64,000 nucleotides of DNA from Bugula neritina (taxonomy: Eukaryota > Animalia > Bryozoa): NCBI GenBank assembly GCA_964035545.1, contig OZ037766.1:18563081-18627080 (forward strand). The letters run 5' to 3'. How positions within the stretch are numbered: position 1 is the first letter of the stretch; each line of letters begins with the position of its first letter. This document shows positions 11,271-27,100 of the stretch, piece by piece. The translations under genes were made by a program, and so were the position numbers. The notes under the pieces are model-generated. The model was given only the letters and a program-made list of their open reading frames with translations, did no database searches and was not told the DNA's origin.

Positions 11271-14200
11271 ATGTTGCAGTATTTTGCAATGTATTTCAAT
11301 ATGTTACAGTGTATTTCAGTATGTTGCAGTATGTTGCAATGTATTTCAGTATGTTACAGTGTAATTCAGTAGGTTTCAGTATCTTGCAGTATATTTCAGC
11401 ATGTTGCAGTATATTTCAGGGTGTTGCAGTATATTTCAGTATGTTACCGTGTTTTGCAGTATTTTGCAGTATATTTCAGTGTGTTAAAGTATATTTCATT
11501 ATGTTGCAGTATGTTGCAGTATATTTCAGTAGTTTGCAACATATTTCAGTAGGTTACCATATATTTCGGTATGTTGCAGCATATTTCAAGGTGTTGCAGT
11601 GTATTTCAATATGTTACAGTGTATTTCAGTATGTTGCAGTATGTTCCATTATGCTGCAGTGTATTTCTGTATGTTACAGTGTAATTCAGAATGTTGCAGT
11701 ATATTTCAGTATGTTACAGTATGTTTCAGTATGTTGCAGTATATTTCAGTGGGTTATAGTATATTTCAGTATGATACAGCGTATTTCAGTATGTTACAGT
11801 GTATTTCAGTATGTTGCAGTATTTTGCAATATATTTCAGTATGTTACAGCGTATTTCAGTATGTTGCAGTATATTTCAGTATGTTACAATAAATTTCAGT
11901 ATGTTACAGTATATTTCCGTAAATTACACTATACTTCAGTGAGTTGTAGTATATTTCAGTATCTTGCAGTATATCTCAGTATGTTACAGTATATTTCAGT
12001 ATGTTACAGTATATTTTAGTTTGTTACAGTAAATTTCAGTATGTTACAGTGCATTTGCAGATATTACACTATACTTCAGTGAGTTTTAGTGTCTTTCATT
12101 ATGTTGCAGTATATTTCAGTATGTTGCAGTATTTTGCAATACATTTTATTATGTTACAGTGTATTTCAGTACGTTGCAGTATATTTCAGTTTGATACAAT
12201 AACTTTCAGTATGTTACAGTACATTTCCGTAAATTACACTATACTTCAGTGAGTTGTAGTATATTTCAGTATCTTGCAGTATATCTCAGTATGTTACAGT
12301 ATATTTCAGTATGTTGCAGTATATTTCAGCGTGTTTGAGTATATTTCAGTATGACACAGTGCATTTCCAGATATTACGCTATACTTCAGTGAGTTTTAGT
12401 CTCTTTCAGTATGTTGCAGTATATTTCGGTATTTCGCAACATATTTCAATATGTTGCAATGTATTTCAATATGTTACAGTGTATTTCAGTATGTTGCAGT
12501 ATGTTGCAATGTATTTCAGTATGTTACAATGTAATTCAGTAGGTTTCAGTATCTTGCAGTATATTTCAGCATGTTGCAGTATATTTCAGGATGTTGCAGT
12601 ATATTTCAGTATGTTACAGTGTTTTGCAGTATTTTGCAGTATATTTCAGTGTGTTAAAGTATATTTCATTATGTTGCAGTATGTGGCAGTATATTTCAGT
12701 AGTTTGCAACATATTTCAGTAGGTTACCATATATTTCGGTATGTTGCAGCACATTTCAAGGTGTTGCAGTGTATTTCAATATGTTACAGTGTATTTCAGT
12801 ATGTTGCAGTATGTTCCATTATGCTGCAGTGTATTTCTGTATGTTACAGTGTAATTCAGAATGTTGCAGTATATTTCAGTATGTTACAGTATGTTTCAGT
12901 ATGTTGCAGTATATTTCAGTGGGTTATAGTATATTTCAGTATGATACAGCGTATTTCAGTATGTTACAGTGTATTTCAGTATGTTGCAGTATATCTCAGT
13001 ATGTTACTGTATATTTCAGTAAGTTACAGTATATTTCAGTGTGTTACAGTAAGTTTCAGTATGTTACAGTGCATTTGCAGATATTACACTATACTTTAGT
13101 GAGTTTTACTGTCTTTCAGTATGTTGCAGTATATTTCAGTATGTTGCAGTATTTTGCAATACATATCAGTATGTTACAGCGTATTTCAGTATGTTGCAGT
13201 ATATTTCAGTATGTTACAATAAATTTCAGTATGTTACAGTATATTTCCGTAAATTACTCTACACTTCAGTGAGTTGTAGTATATTTCAGTATCTTGCAGT
13301 ATATCTCAGTATGTTAGAGTATATTTCAGTATGTTACAGTATTATTCAGTTTGTTACAGTAAATTTCAGTATGTTACAGTGCATTTGCAGATATTACACT
13401 ATACTTCAGTGAGTTTTAGTGTCTTTCAGTATGTTGCAGTATATTTCGGTATCTTGCAACTTATTTCAATGTGTTGCAATGTAATTCAATATGTTACAGT
13501 GTATTTCAGTATGTTACAGTATATTTCAGTATGTTACAGTATATTTCAGTTTGTTACAGCAAGTTTCAGTATGATACAGTGCATTTGCAGATATTACACT
13601 ATACTTCAGTGAGTTTTAGTGTCTTTCATTATGTTGCAGTATATTTCAGTATGTTGCAGTATTTTGCAATACATTTTATTATGTTACAGTGTATTTCAGT
13701 ATGTTGCAGTATATTTCAGTTTGATACAATAAATTTCAGTATGTTACAGTACATTTCCGTAAATTACACTATACTTCAGTGAGTTGTAGTATATTTCAGT
13801 ATCTTGCAGTATATCTCAGTATGTTACAGTATATTTCAGTATGTTGCAGTATATTTCAGCGTGTTTGAGTATATTTCAGTATGACACAGTGCATTTCCAG
13901 ATATTATGCTATACTTCAGTGAGTTTTAGTGTCTTTCAGTATGTTGCAGTATATTTCGGTATTTTACAACATATTTCAATATGTTGCAATGTATTTCAAT
14001 ATGTTACAGTGTATTTCAGTATGTTGCAGTATGTTGCAATGTATTTCAGTATGTTACAGTGTATTTCAGTAGGTTTCAGTATATTTCAGCATGTTGCAGT
14101 ATATTTCAGGATGTTGCAGTATATTTCAGTATGTTATTGTGTTTTGCAGTATTTTGCAGTATATTTCAGTGTGTTACAGTATATTTCATTATGTTGCAGT

Positions 14201-14899
14201 ATGTTGCAGTATATTTCAGTAGTTTGCAACATATTTCAGTAGGTTACCATATATTTCGGCATGTTGCAGCATATTTCAAGGTGTTGCAGTGTATTTCAAT
14301 ATGTTACAGTGTATTTCAGTATGTTGCAGTATGTTCCATTATGCTGCAGTGTATTTCTGTATGTTACAGTGTAATTCAGAATGTTGCAGTATATTTCAGT
14401 ATGTTACAGTATGTTTCAGTATGTTGCAGTATATTTCAGTGGGTTATAGTATATTTCAGTATGATACAGCGTATTTCAGTATGTTACAGTGTATTTCAGT
14501 ATGTTGCAGTATTTTGCAATATATTTCAGTATGTTACAACGTATTTCAGTATGTTGCAGTATATTTCAGTATGTTACAATAAATTTCAGTATGTTACAGT
14601 ATATTTCCGTAAATTACACTATACTTCAGTGAGTTGTAGTATATTTCAGTATCTTGCAGTATATCTCAGTATGTTACAGTATATTTCAGTATGTTACAGT
14701 ATATTTTAGTTTGTTACAGTAAATTTCAGTATGTTACAGTGCATTTGCAGATATTACACTATACTTCAGTGAGTTTTAGTGTCTTTCATTATGTTGCAGT
14801 ATATTTCAGTATGTTGCAGTATTTTGCAATACATTTTATTATGTTACAGTGTATTTCAGTATGTTGCAGTATATTTCAGTTTGATACAATAAATTTCAG

Positions 14900-17800
14900 T
14901 ATGTTACAGTACATTTCCGTAAATTACACTATACTTCAGTGAGTTGTAGTATATTTCAGTATCTTGCAGTATATCTCAGTATGTTACAGTATATTTCAGT
15001 ATGTTGCAGTATATTTCAGCGTGTTTGAGTATATTTCAGTATGACACAGTGCATTTCCAGATATTACGCTATACTTCAGTGAGTTTTAGTGTCTTTCAGT
15101 ATGTTGCAGTATATTTCGGTATTTTGCAACATATTTCAATATGTTGCAATGTATTTCAATATGTAACAGTGTATTTCAGTATGTTGCAGTATGTTGCAAT
15201 GTATTTCAGTATGTTACAGTGTATTTCAGTAGGTTTCAGTATCTTGCAGTATATTTCAGCATGTTGCAGTATATTTCAGGATGTTGCAGTATATTTCAGT
15301 ATGTTACAGTGTTTTGCAGTATTTTGCAGTATATTTCAGTGTGTTACAGTATATTTCATTATGTTGCAGTATGTTGCAGTATATTTCAGTAGTTTGCAAC
15401 ATATTTCAGTAGGTTACCATATATTTCGGTATGTTGCAGCATATTTCAATGTGTTGCAGTGTATTTCAATATGTTACAGTGTATTTCAGTATGTTGCAGT
15501 ATGTTGCAGTATGATGCAGCATGTTGCAGTGTATTTCTGTATGTTACAGTGTAATTCGGAATGTTGCAGTATATTTCAGTATGTTACAGTATGTTTCAGT
15601 ATGTTGCAGTATATTTCAGTGGGTTATAGTATATTTCAGTATGATACAGCGTATTTCAGTATGTTACAGTGTATTTCAGTATGTTGCAGTATTTTGCAAT
15701 ATATTTCAGTATGTTACATCGTATTTCAGTATGTTGCAGTATATTTCAGTATGTTACAATAAATTTCAGTATGTTACAGTACATTGCCGTAAGTTACACT
15801 ATACTTCAGTGAGTTGTAGTATATTTCAGTATCTTGCAGTATATCTCAGTATGTTACTGTATATTTCAGTATGTTACAGTATATTTCAGTGTTACAGTAA
15901 ATTTCAGTATGTTACAGTGCATTTGCAGATATTACACTATACTTTAGTGAGTTTTAGTGTCTTTCAGTATGTTGCAGTATATTTCAGTATGTTGCAGTAT
16001 TTTGCAATATGTATCAGTATGTTACAGTGTATTTCAGTATGTTGCAGTATATTTCAGTATGTTACAATAAATTTCAGTATGTTACAGTATATTTCCGTAA
16101 ATTACTCTATACTTCAGTGAGTTGTAGTATATTTCAGTATCTTGCAGTTTATCTCAGTATGTTACAGTATATTTCAGTATGTTACAGTACATTTCAGTTT
16201 GTTACAGTAAATTTCAGTATGTTACAGTGCATTTGCAGATATTACACTATACTCCAGTGGGTTTTAGTGTCTTTCAGTATGTTGCAGTATATTTCGGTAT
16301 CTTGCAACTTATTTCAATGTGTTGCAATGTAATTCAATATGTTACAGTGTATTTCAGTATGTTACAGTGTATTTCAGTATGTTGCAGTATTTTGCAATAC
16401 ATATCAGTATGTTACAGTGTATTTCAGTATGTTGCAGTATATTTCAGTATGTTACAATAAATTTCAGTATGTTACAGTATATTTCCGTAAATTACACTAT
16501 ACTTCAGTGAGTTGTAGTATATTTCAGTATCTTGCAGTATATCTCAGTATGTTACAGTATATTTCAGTATGTTGCAGTATATTTCAGCGTGTTTGAGTAT
16601 ATTTCAGTATGACACAGTGCATTTCCAGATATTACGCTATACTTCAGTGAGTTTTAGTGTCTTTCAGTATGTTGCAGTATATTTCGGTATTTTGCAACAT
16701 ATTTCAATATGTTGCAATGTATTTCAATATGTAACAGTGTATTTCAGTATGTTGCAGTATGTTGCAATGTATTTCAGTATGTTACAGTGTATTTCAGTAG
16801 GTTTCAGTATCTTGCAGTATATTTCAGCATGTTGCAGTATATTTCAGGATGTTGCAGTATATTTCAGTATGTTACAGTGTTTTGCAGTATTTTGCAGTAT
16901 ATTTCAGTGTGTTACAGTATATTTCATTATGTTGCAGTATGTTGCAGTATATTTCAGTAGTTTGCAACATATTTCAGTAGGTTACCATATATTTCGGTAT
17001 GTTGCAGCATATTTCAATGTGTTGCAGTGTATTTCAATATGTTACAGTGTATTTCAGTATGTTGCAGTATGTTGCAGTATGATGCAGCATGTTGCAGTGT
17101 ATTTCTGTATGTTACAGTGTAATTCGGAATGTTGCAGTATATTTCAGTATGTTACAGTATGTTTCAGTATGTTGCAGTATATTTCAGTGGGTTATAGTAT
17201 ATTTCAGTATGATACAGCGTATTTCAGTATGTTACAGTGTATTTCAGTATGTTGCAGTATTTTGCAATATATTTCAGTATGTTACATCGTATTTCAGTAT
17301 GTTGCAGTATATTTCAGTATGTTACAATAAATTTCAGTATGTTACAGTACATTGCCGTAAATTACACTATACTTCAGTGAGTTGTAGTATATTTCAGTAT
17401 CTTGCAGTATATCTCAGTATGTTACTGTATATTTCAGTATGTTACAGTATATTTCAGTGTGTTACAGTAAATTTCAGTATGTTACAGTGCATTTGCAGAT
17501 ATTACACTAAACTTTAGTGAGTTTTAGTGTCTTTCAGTATGTTGCAGTATATTTCAGTATGTTGCAGTATTTTGCAATATGTATCAGTATGTTACAGTGT
17601 ATTTCAGTATGTTGCAGTATATTTCAGTATGTTACAATAAATTTCAGTATGTTACAGTATATTTCCGTAAATTACTCTATACTTCAGTGAGTTGTAGTAT
17701 ATTTCAGTATCTTGCAGTTTATCTCAGTATGTTACAGTATATTTCAGTATGTTACAGTATATTTCAGTTTGTTACAGTAAATTTCAGTATGTTACAGTGC

Positions 17801-18040
17801 ATTTGCAGATATTACACTATACTTCAGTGAGTTTTAGTGTCTTTCAGTATGTTGCAGTACATTTCGGTATCTTGCAACTTATTTCAATGTGTTGCAATGT
17901 AATTCAATATGTTACAGTGTATTTCAGTATGTTGCAGTATTTTGCAATATATATCAGTATGTTACAGTGTATTTCAGTATGTTGCAGTATATTTCAGTAT
18001 GTTACAATAAATTTCAGTATGTTACAGTATATTTCCGTAA
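14900..18040 (+). repeat. Tandem duplication of a ~1570-bp HOR unit (offset 1568 before the 2-bp deletion, 1570 after it)
   Basis: Shared ATGTAACAGT (15161/16729) and ATGTTACATC (15711/17279). ORF pairs are 15001/16569 and 16009/17579. A further copy lies near 27867. Boundaries are approximate. Confidence 0.82.
15891..15898 (+). other. Truncated 8-bp monomer GTTACAGT (2-bp GT deletion), first register shift of the array
   Basis: The sequence reads ATATTTCAGT GTTACAGT AAATTTCAGT, where other copies have GTGTTACAGT (e.g. 3671, 8971, 17459). Monomer starts move from positions ending in 1 to positions ending in 9. Confidence 0.95.
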
Positions 18041-18139
18041 ATTACACTATACTTCAGTGAGTTGTAGTATATTTCAGTATCTTGCAGTATATCTCAGTAT
18101 GTTACAGTATATTTCAGTATGTTACAGTATATTTCAGTT

Positions 18140-21100
18140 TGTTACAGTAAATTTCAGTATGTTACAGTGCATTTGCAGATATTACACTATACTTCAGTGA
18201 GTTTTAGTGTCTTTCATTATGTTGCAGTATATTTCAGTATGTTGCAGTATTTTGCAATACATTTTATTATGTTACAGTGTATTTCAGTATGTTGCAGTAT
18301 ATCTCAGTTTGATACAATAACTTTCAGTATGTTACAGTACATTTCCGTAAATTACACTATACTTCAGTGAGTTGTAGTATATTTCAGTATCTTGCAGTAT
18401 ATCTCAGTATTTTACAGTATATTTCAGTATGTTGCAGTATATTTCAGCGTGTTTGAGTATATTTCAGTATGACACAGTGCATTTCCAGATATTACGCTAT
18501 ACTTCAGTGAGTTTTAGTCTCTTTCAGTATGTTGCAGTATATTTCGGTATTTTGCAACATATTTCAATATGTTGCAATGTATTTCAATATGTTACAGTGT
18601 ATTTCAGTATGTTGCAGTATGTTGCAATGTATTTCAGTATGTTACAGTGTAATTCAGTAGGTTTCAGTATCTTGCAGTATATTTCAGCATGTTGCAGTAT
18701 ATTTCAGGATGTTGCAGTATATTTCAGTATGTTACAGTGTTTTGCAGTATTTTGCAGTATATTTCAGTGTGTTACAGTATATTTCATTATGTTGCAGTAT
18801 GTTGCAGTATATTTCAGTAGTTTGCAACATATTTCAGTAGGTTACCATATATTTCGGTATGTTGCAGCATATTTCAAAGTGTTGCAGTGTATTTCAATAT
18901 GTTACAGTGTATTTCAGTATGTTGCAGTATGTTCCATTATGCTGCAGTGTATTTCTGTATGTTACAGTGTAATTCAGAATGTTGCAGTATATTTCGGTAT
19001 GTTACAGTATGTTTCAGTATGTTGCAGTATATTTCAGTGGGTTATAGTATATTTCAGTATGATACAGCGTATTTCAGTATGTTACAGTGTATTTCAGTAT
19101 GTTGCAGTATTTTGCAATATATTTCAGTATGTTACAGCGTATTTCAGTATGTTGCAGTATATTTCAGTATGTTACAATTAATTTCAGTATGTTACAGTAC
19201 ATTGCCGTAAATTACACTATACTTCAGTGAGTTGTAGTATATTTCAGTATCTTGCAGTATATCTCAGTATGTTACTGTATATTTCAGTAAGTTACAGTAT
19301 ATTTCAGTGTGTTACAGTAAATTTCAGTATGTTACAGTGCATTTGCAGATATTACACTATACTTTAGTGAGTTTTACTGTCTTTCAGTATGTTGCAGTAT
19401 ATTTCAGTATGTTGCAGTATTTTGCAATAAATATCAGTATGTTACAGCGTATTTCAGTATGTTGCAGTATATTTCAGTATGTTACAATAAATTTCAGTAT
19501 GTTACAGTATATTTCCGTAAATTACTCTATACTTCAGTGAGTTGTAGTATATTTCAGTATCTTGCAGTATATCTCAGTATGTTAGAGTATATTTCAGTAT
19601 GTTACTGTATTATTCAGTTTGTTACAGTAAATTTCAGTATGTTACAGTGCATTTGCAGATATTACACTATACTTCAGTGAGTTTTAGTGTCTTTCAGTAT
19701 GTTGCAGTATATTTCGGTATCTTGCAACTTATTTCAATGTGTTGCAATGTAATTCAATATATTACAGTGTATTTCAGTATGTTACAGTATATTTCAGTAT
19801 GTTACAGTATATTTCAGTTTGTTACAGTAAGTTTCAGTATGATACAGTGCATTTGCAGATATTACACTATACTTCAGTGAGTTTTAGTGTCTTTCATTAT
19901 GTTGCAGTATATTTCAGTATGTTGCAGTATTTTGCAATACATTTTATTATGTTACAGTGTATTTCAGTATGTTGCAGTATATTTCAGTTTGATACAATAA
20001 ATTTCAGTATGTTACAGTACATTTCCGTAAATTACACTATACTTCAGTGAGTTGTAGTATATTTCAGTATCTTGCAGTATATCTCAGTATGTTACAGTAT
20101 ATTTCAGTATGTTGCAGTATATTTCAGCGTGTTTGAGTATATTTCAGTATGACACAGTGCATTTCAAGATATTACGCTATACTTCAGTGAGTTTTAGTGT
20201 CTTTCAGTATGTTGCAGTATATTTCGGTATTTTGCAACATATTTCAATATGTTGCAATGTATTTCAATATGTTACATCGTATTTCAGTATGTTGCAGTAT
20301 ATTTCAGTATGTTACAATAAATTTCAGTATGTTACAGTACATTGCCGTAAATTACACTATACTTCAGTGAGTTGTAGTATATTTCAGTATCTTGCAGTAT
20401 ATCTCAGTATGTTACTGTATATTTCAGTATGTTACAGTATATTTCAGTGTGTTACAGTAAATTTCAGTATGTTACAGTGCATTTGCAGATATTACACTAA
20501 ACTTTAGTGAGTTTTAGTGTCTTTCAGTATGTTGCGGTATATTTCAGTATGTTGCAGTATTTTGCAATATGTATCAGTATGTTACAGTGTATTTCAGTAT
20601 GTTGCAGTATATTTCAGTATGTTACAATAAATTTCAGTATGTTACAGTATATTTCCGTAAATTACTCTATACTTCAGTGAGTTGTAGTATATTTCAGTAT
20701 CTTGCAGTTTATCTCAGTATGTTACAGTATATTTCAGTATGTTACAGTATATTTCAGTTTGTTACAGTAAATTTCAGTATGTTACAGTGCATTTGCAGAT
20801 ATTACACTATACTTCAGTGAGTTTTAGTGTCTTTCAGTATGTTGCAGTACATTTCGGTATCTTGCAACTTATTTCAATGTGTTGCAATGTAATTCAATAT
20901 GTTACAGTGTATTTCAGTATGTTACAGTGTATTTCAGTATGTTGCAGTATTTTGCAATATATATCAGTATGTTACAGTGTATTTCAGTATGTTGCAGTAT
21001 ATTTCAGTATGTTACAATAAATTTCAGTATGTTACAGTATATTTCCGTAAATTACACTATACTTCAGTGAGTTGTAGTATATTTCAGTATCTTGCAGTAT

Positions 21101-24100
21101 ATCTCAGTATGTTACAGTATATTTCAGTATGTCACAGTATATTTTAGTTTGTTACAGCAAGTTTCAGTATGATACAGTGCATTTGCAGATATTACACTAT
21201 ACTTCAGTGAGTTTTAGTGTCTTTCATTATGTTGCAGTATATTTCAGTATGTTGCAGTATTTTGCAATACATTTTATTATGTTACAGTGTAATTCAGTAT
21301 GTTGCAGTATATTTCAGTTTGATACAATAAATTTCAGTATGTTACAGTACATTTCCGTAAATTACACTATACTTCAGTGAGTTGTAGTATATTTCAGTAT
21401 CTTGCAGTATATCTCAGTATGTTACAGTATATTTCAGTATGTTGCAGTATATTTCAGCGTGTTTGAGTATATTTCAGTATGACACAGTGCATTTCCAGTT
21501 ATTATGCTATACTTCAGTGAGTTTTAGTGTCTTTCAGTATGTTGCAGTATATTTCGGTATTTTACAACATATTTCAATATGTTGCAATGTATTTCAATAT
21601 GTTACAGTGTATTTCAGTATGTTGCAGTATGTTGCAATGTATTTCAGTATGTTACAGTGTATTTCAGTAGGTTTCAGTATATTTCAGCATGTTGCAGTAT
21701 ATTTCAGGATGTTGCAGTATATTTCAGTATGTTACTGTGTTTTGCAGTATTTTGCAGTATATTTCAGTGTGTTACAGTATATTTCATTATGTTGCAGTAT
21801 GTTGCAGTATATTTCAGTAGTTTGCAACATATTTCAGTAGGTTACCATATATTTCGGCATGTTGCAGCATATTTCAAGGTGTTGCAGTGTATTTCAATAT
21901 GTTACAGTGTATTTCAGTATGTTGCAGTATGTTCCATTATGCTGCAGTGTATTTCTGTATGTTACAGTGTAATTCGGAATGTTGCAGTATATTTCAGTAT
22001 GTTACAGTATGTTTCAGTATGTTGCAGTATATTTCAGTGGGTTATAGTATATTTCAGTATGATACAGCGTATTTCAGTATGTTACAGTGTATTTCAGTAT
22101 GTTGCAGTATTTTGCAATATATTTCAGTATGTTACATCGTATTTCAGTATGTTGCAGTATATTTCAGTATGTTACAATAAATTTCAGTATGTTACAGTAC
22201 ATTGCCGTAAATTACACTATACTTCAGTGAGTTGTAGTATATTTCAGTATCTTGCAGTATATCTCAGTATGTTACTGTATATTTCAGTATGTTACAGTAT
22301 ATTTCAGTGTTACAGTAAATTTCAGTATGTTACAGTGCATTTGCAGATATTACACTATACTTTAGTGAGTTTTAGTGTCTTTCAGTATGTTGCAGTATAT
22401 TTCAGTATGTTGCAGTATTTTGCAATATGTATCAGTATGTTACAGTGTATTTCAGTATTTTGCAGTATATTTCAGTGTGTTAAAGTATATTTCATTATGT
22501 TGCAGTATGTTGCAGTATATTTCAGTAGTTTGCAACATATTTCAGTAGGTTACCATATATTTCGGTATGTTGCAGCATATTTCAAAGTGTTGCAGTGTAT
22601 TTCAATATGTTACAGTGTATTTCAGTATGTTGCAGTATGTTCCATTATGCTGCAGTGTATTTCTGTATGTTACAGTGTAATTCAGAATGTTGCAGTATAT
22701 TTCGGTATGTTACAGTATGTTTCAGTATGTTGCAGTATATTTCAGTGGGTTATAGTATATTTCAGTATGATACAGCGTATTTCAGTATGTTACAGTGTAT
22801 TTCAGTATGTTGCAGTATTTTGCAATATATTTCAGTATGTTACAGCGTATTTCAGTATGTTGCAGTATATTTCAGTATGTTACAATTAATTTCAGTATGT
22901 TACAGTACATTGCCGTAAATTACACTATACTTCAGTGAGTTGTAGTATATTTCAGTATCTTGCAGTATATCTCAGTATGTTACTGTATATTTCAGTAAGT
23001 TACAGTATATTTCAGTGTGTTACAGTAAATTTCAGTATGTTACAGTGCATTTGCAGATATTACACTATACTTCAGTGAGTTTTAGTGTCTTTCATTATGT
23101 TGCAGTATATTTCAGTATGTTGCAGTATTTTGCAATACATTTTATTATGTTACAGTGTATTTCAGTATGTTGCAGTATATCTCAGTTTGATACAATAACT
23201 TTCAGTATGTTACAGTACATTTCCGTAAATTACACTATACTTCAGTGAGTTGTAGTATATTTCAGTATCTTGCAGTATATCTCAGTATTTTACAGTATAT
23301 TTCAGTATGTTGCAGTATATTTCAGCGTGTTTGAGTATATTTCAGTATGACACAGTGCATTTCCAGATATTACGCTATACTTCAGTGAGTTTTAGTCTCT
23401 TTCAGTATGTTGCAGTATATTTCGGTATTTTGCAACATATTTCAATATGTTGCAATGTATTTCAATATGTTACAGTGTATTTCAGTATGTTGCAGTATGT
23501 TGCAATGTATTTCAGTATGTTACAGTGTAATTCAGTAGGTTTCAGTATCTTGCAGTATATTTCAGCATGTTGCAGTATATTTCAGGATGTTGCAGTATAT
23601 TTCAGTATGTTACAGTGTTTTGCAGTATTTTGCAGTATATTTCAGTGTGTTACAGTATATTTCATTATGTTGCAGTATGTTGCAGTATATTTCAGTAGTT
23701 TGCAACATATTTCAGTAGGTTACCATATATTTCGGTATGTTGCAGCATATTTCAAAGTGTTGCAGTGTATTTCAATATGTTACAGTGTATTTCAGTATGT
23801 TGCAGTATGTTCCATTATGCTGCAGTGTATTTCTGTATGTTACAGTGTAATTCAGAATGTTGCAGTATATTTCGGTATGTTACAGTATGTTTCAGTATGT
23901 TGCAGTATATTTCAGTGGGTTATAGTATATTTCAGTATGATACAGCGTATTTCAGTATGTTACAGTGTATTTCAGTATGTTGCAGTATTTTGCAATATAT
24001 TTCAGTATGTTACAGCGTATTTCAGTATGTTGCAGTATATTTCAGTATGTTACAATTAATTTCAGTATGTTACAGTACATTGCCGTAAATTACACTATAC

Positions 24101-27100
24101 TTCAGTGAGTTGTAGTATATTTCAGTATCTTGCAGTATATCTCAGTATGTTACTGTATATTTCAGTAAGTTACAGTATATTTCAGTGTGTTACAGTAAAT
24201 TTCAGTATGTTACAGTGCATTTGCAGATATTACACTATACTTTAGTGAGTTTTACTGTCTTTCAGTATGTTGCAGTATATTTCAGTATGTTGCAGTATTT
24301 TGCAATAAATATCAGTATGTTACAGCGTATTTCAGTATGTTGCAGTATATTTCAGTATGTTACAATAAATTTCAGTATGTTACAGTATATTTCCGTAAAT
24401 TACTCTATACTTCAGTGAGTTGTAGTATATTTCAGTATCTTGCAGTATATCTCAGTATGTTAGAGTATATTTCAGTATGTTACTGTATTATTCAGTTTGT
24501 TACAGTAAATTTCAGTATGTTACAGTGCATTTGCAGATATTACACTATACTTCAGTGAGTTTTAGTGTCTTTCAGTATGTTGCAGTATATTTCGGTATCT
24601 TGCAACTTATTTCAATGTGTTGCAATGTAATTCAATATATTACAGTGTATTTCAGTATGTTACAGTATATTTCAGTATGTTACAGTATATTTCAGTTTGT
24701 TACAGTAAGTTTCAGTATGATACAGTGCATTTGCAGATATTACACTATACTTCAGTGAGTTTTAGTGTCTTTCATTATGTTGCAGTATATTTCAGTATGT
24801 TGCAGTATTTTGCAATACATTTTATTATGTTACAGTGTATTTCAGTATGTTGCAGTATATTTCAGTTTGATACAATAAATTTCAGTATGTTACAGTACAT
24901 TTCCGTAAATTACACTATACTTCAGTGAGTTGTAGTATATTTCAGTATCTTGCAGTATATCTCAGTATGTTACAGTATATTTCAGTATGTTGCAGTATAT
25001 TTCAGCGTGTTTGAGTATATTTCAGTATGACACAGTGCATTTCAAGATATTACGCTATACTTCAGTGAGTTTTAGTGTCTTTCAGTATGTTGCAGTATAT
25101 TTCGGTATTTTGCAACATATTTCAATATGTTGCAATGTATTTCAATATGTTACATCGTATTTCAGTATGTTGCAGTATATTTCAGTATGTTACAATAAAT
25201 TTCAGTATGTTACAGTACATTGCCGTAAATTACACTATACTTCAGTGAGTTGTAGTATATTTCAGTATCTTGCAGTATATCTCAGTATGTTACTGTATAT
25301 TTCAGTATGTTACAGTATATTTCAGTGTGTTACAGTAAATTTCAGTATGTTACAGTGCATTTGCAGATATTACACTAAACTTTAGTGAGTTTTAGTGTCT
25401 TTCAGTATGTTGCGGTATATTTCAGTATGTTGCAGTATTTTGCAATATGTATCAGTATGTTACAGTGTATTTCAGTATGTTGCAGTATATTTCAGTATGT
25501 TACAATAAATTTCAGTATGTTACAGTATATTTCCGTAAATTACTCTATACTTCAGTGAGTTGTAGTATATTTCAGTATCTTGCAGTTTATCTCAGTATGT
25601 TACAGTATATTTCAGTATGTTACAGTATATTTCAGTTTGTTACAGTAAATTTCAGTATGTTACAGTGCATTTGCAGATATTACACTATACTTCAGTGAGT
25701 TTTAGTGTCTTTCAGTATGTTGCAGTACATTTCGGTATCTTGCAACTTATTTCAATGTGTTGCAATGTAATTCAATATGTTACAGTGTATTTCAGTATGT
25801 TACAGTGTATTTCAGTATGTTGCAGTATTTTGCAATATATATCAGTATGTTACAGTGTATTTCAGTATGTTGCAGTATATTTCAGTATGTTACAATAAAT
25901 TTCAGTATGTTACAGTATATTTCCGTAAATTACACTATACTTCAGTGAGTTGTAGTATATTTCAGTATCTTGCAGTATATCTCAGTATGTTACAGTATAT
26001 TCCAGTATGTTACAGTATATTTTAGTTTGTTACAGCAAGTTTCAGTATGATACAGTGCATTTGCAGATATTACACTATACTTCAGTGAGTTTTAGTGTCT
26101 TTCATTATGTTGCAGTATATTTCAGTATGTTGCAGTATTTTGCAATACATTTTATTATGTTACAGTGTAATTCAGTATGTTGCAGTATATTTCAGTTTGA
26201 TACAATAAATTTCAGTATGTTACAGTACATTTCCGTAAATTACACTATACTTCAGTGAGTTGTAGTATATTTCAGTATCTTGCAGTATATCTCAGTATGT
26301 TACAGTATATTTCAGTATGTTGCAGTATATTTCAGCGTGTTTGAGTATATTTCAGTATGACACAGTGCATTTCCAGTTATTATGCTATACTTCAGTGAGT
26401 TTTAGTGTCTTTCAGTATGTTGCAGTATATTTCGGTATTTTACAACATATTTCAATATGTTGCAATGTATTTCAATATGTTACAGTGTATTTCAGTATGT
26501 TGCAGTATGTTGCAATGCATTTCAGTATGTTACAGTGTATTTCAGTAGGTTTCAGTATATTTCAGCATGTTGCAGTATATTTCAGGATGTTGCAGTATAT
26601 TTCAGTATGTTACTGTGTTTTGCAGTATTTTGCAGTATATTTCAGTGTGTTACAGTATATTTCATTATGTTGCAGTATGTTGCAGTATATTTCAGTAGTT
26701 TGCAACATATTTCAGTAGGTTACCATATATTTCGGCATGTTGCAGCATATTTCAAGGTGTTGCAGTGTATTTCAATATGTTACAGTGTATTTCAGTATGT
26801 TGCAGTATGTTCCATTATGCTGCAGTGTATTTCTGTATGTTACAGTGTAATTCGGAATGTTGCAGTATATTTCAGTATGTTACAGTATGTTTCAGTATGT
26901 TGCAGTATATTTCAGTGGGTTATAGTATATTTCAGTATGATACAGCGTATTTCAGTATGTTACAGTGTATTTCAGTATGTTGCAGTATTTTGCAATATAT
27001 TTCAGTATGTTACATCGTATTTCAGTATGTTGCAGTATATTTCAGTATGTTACAATAAATTTCAGTATGTTACAGTACATTGCCGTAAATTACACTATAC

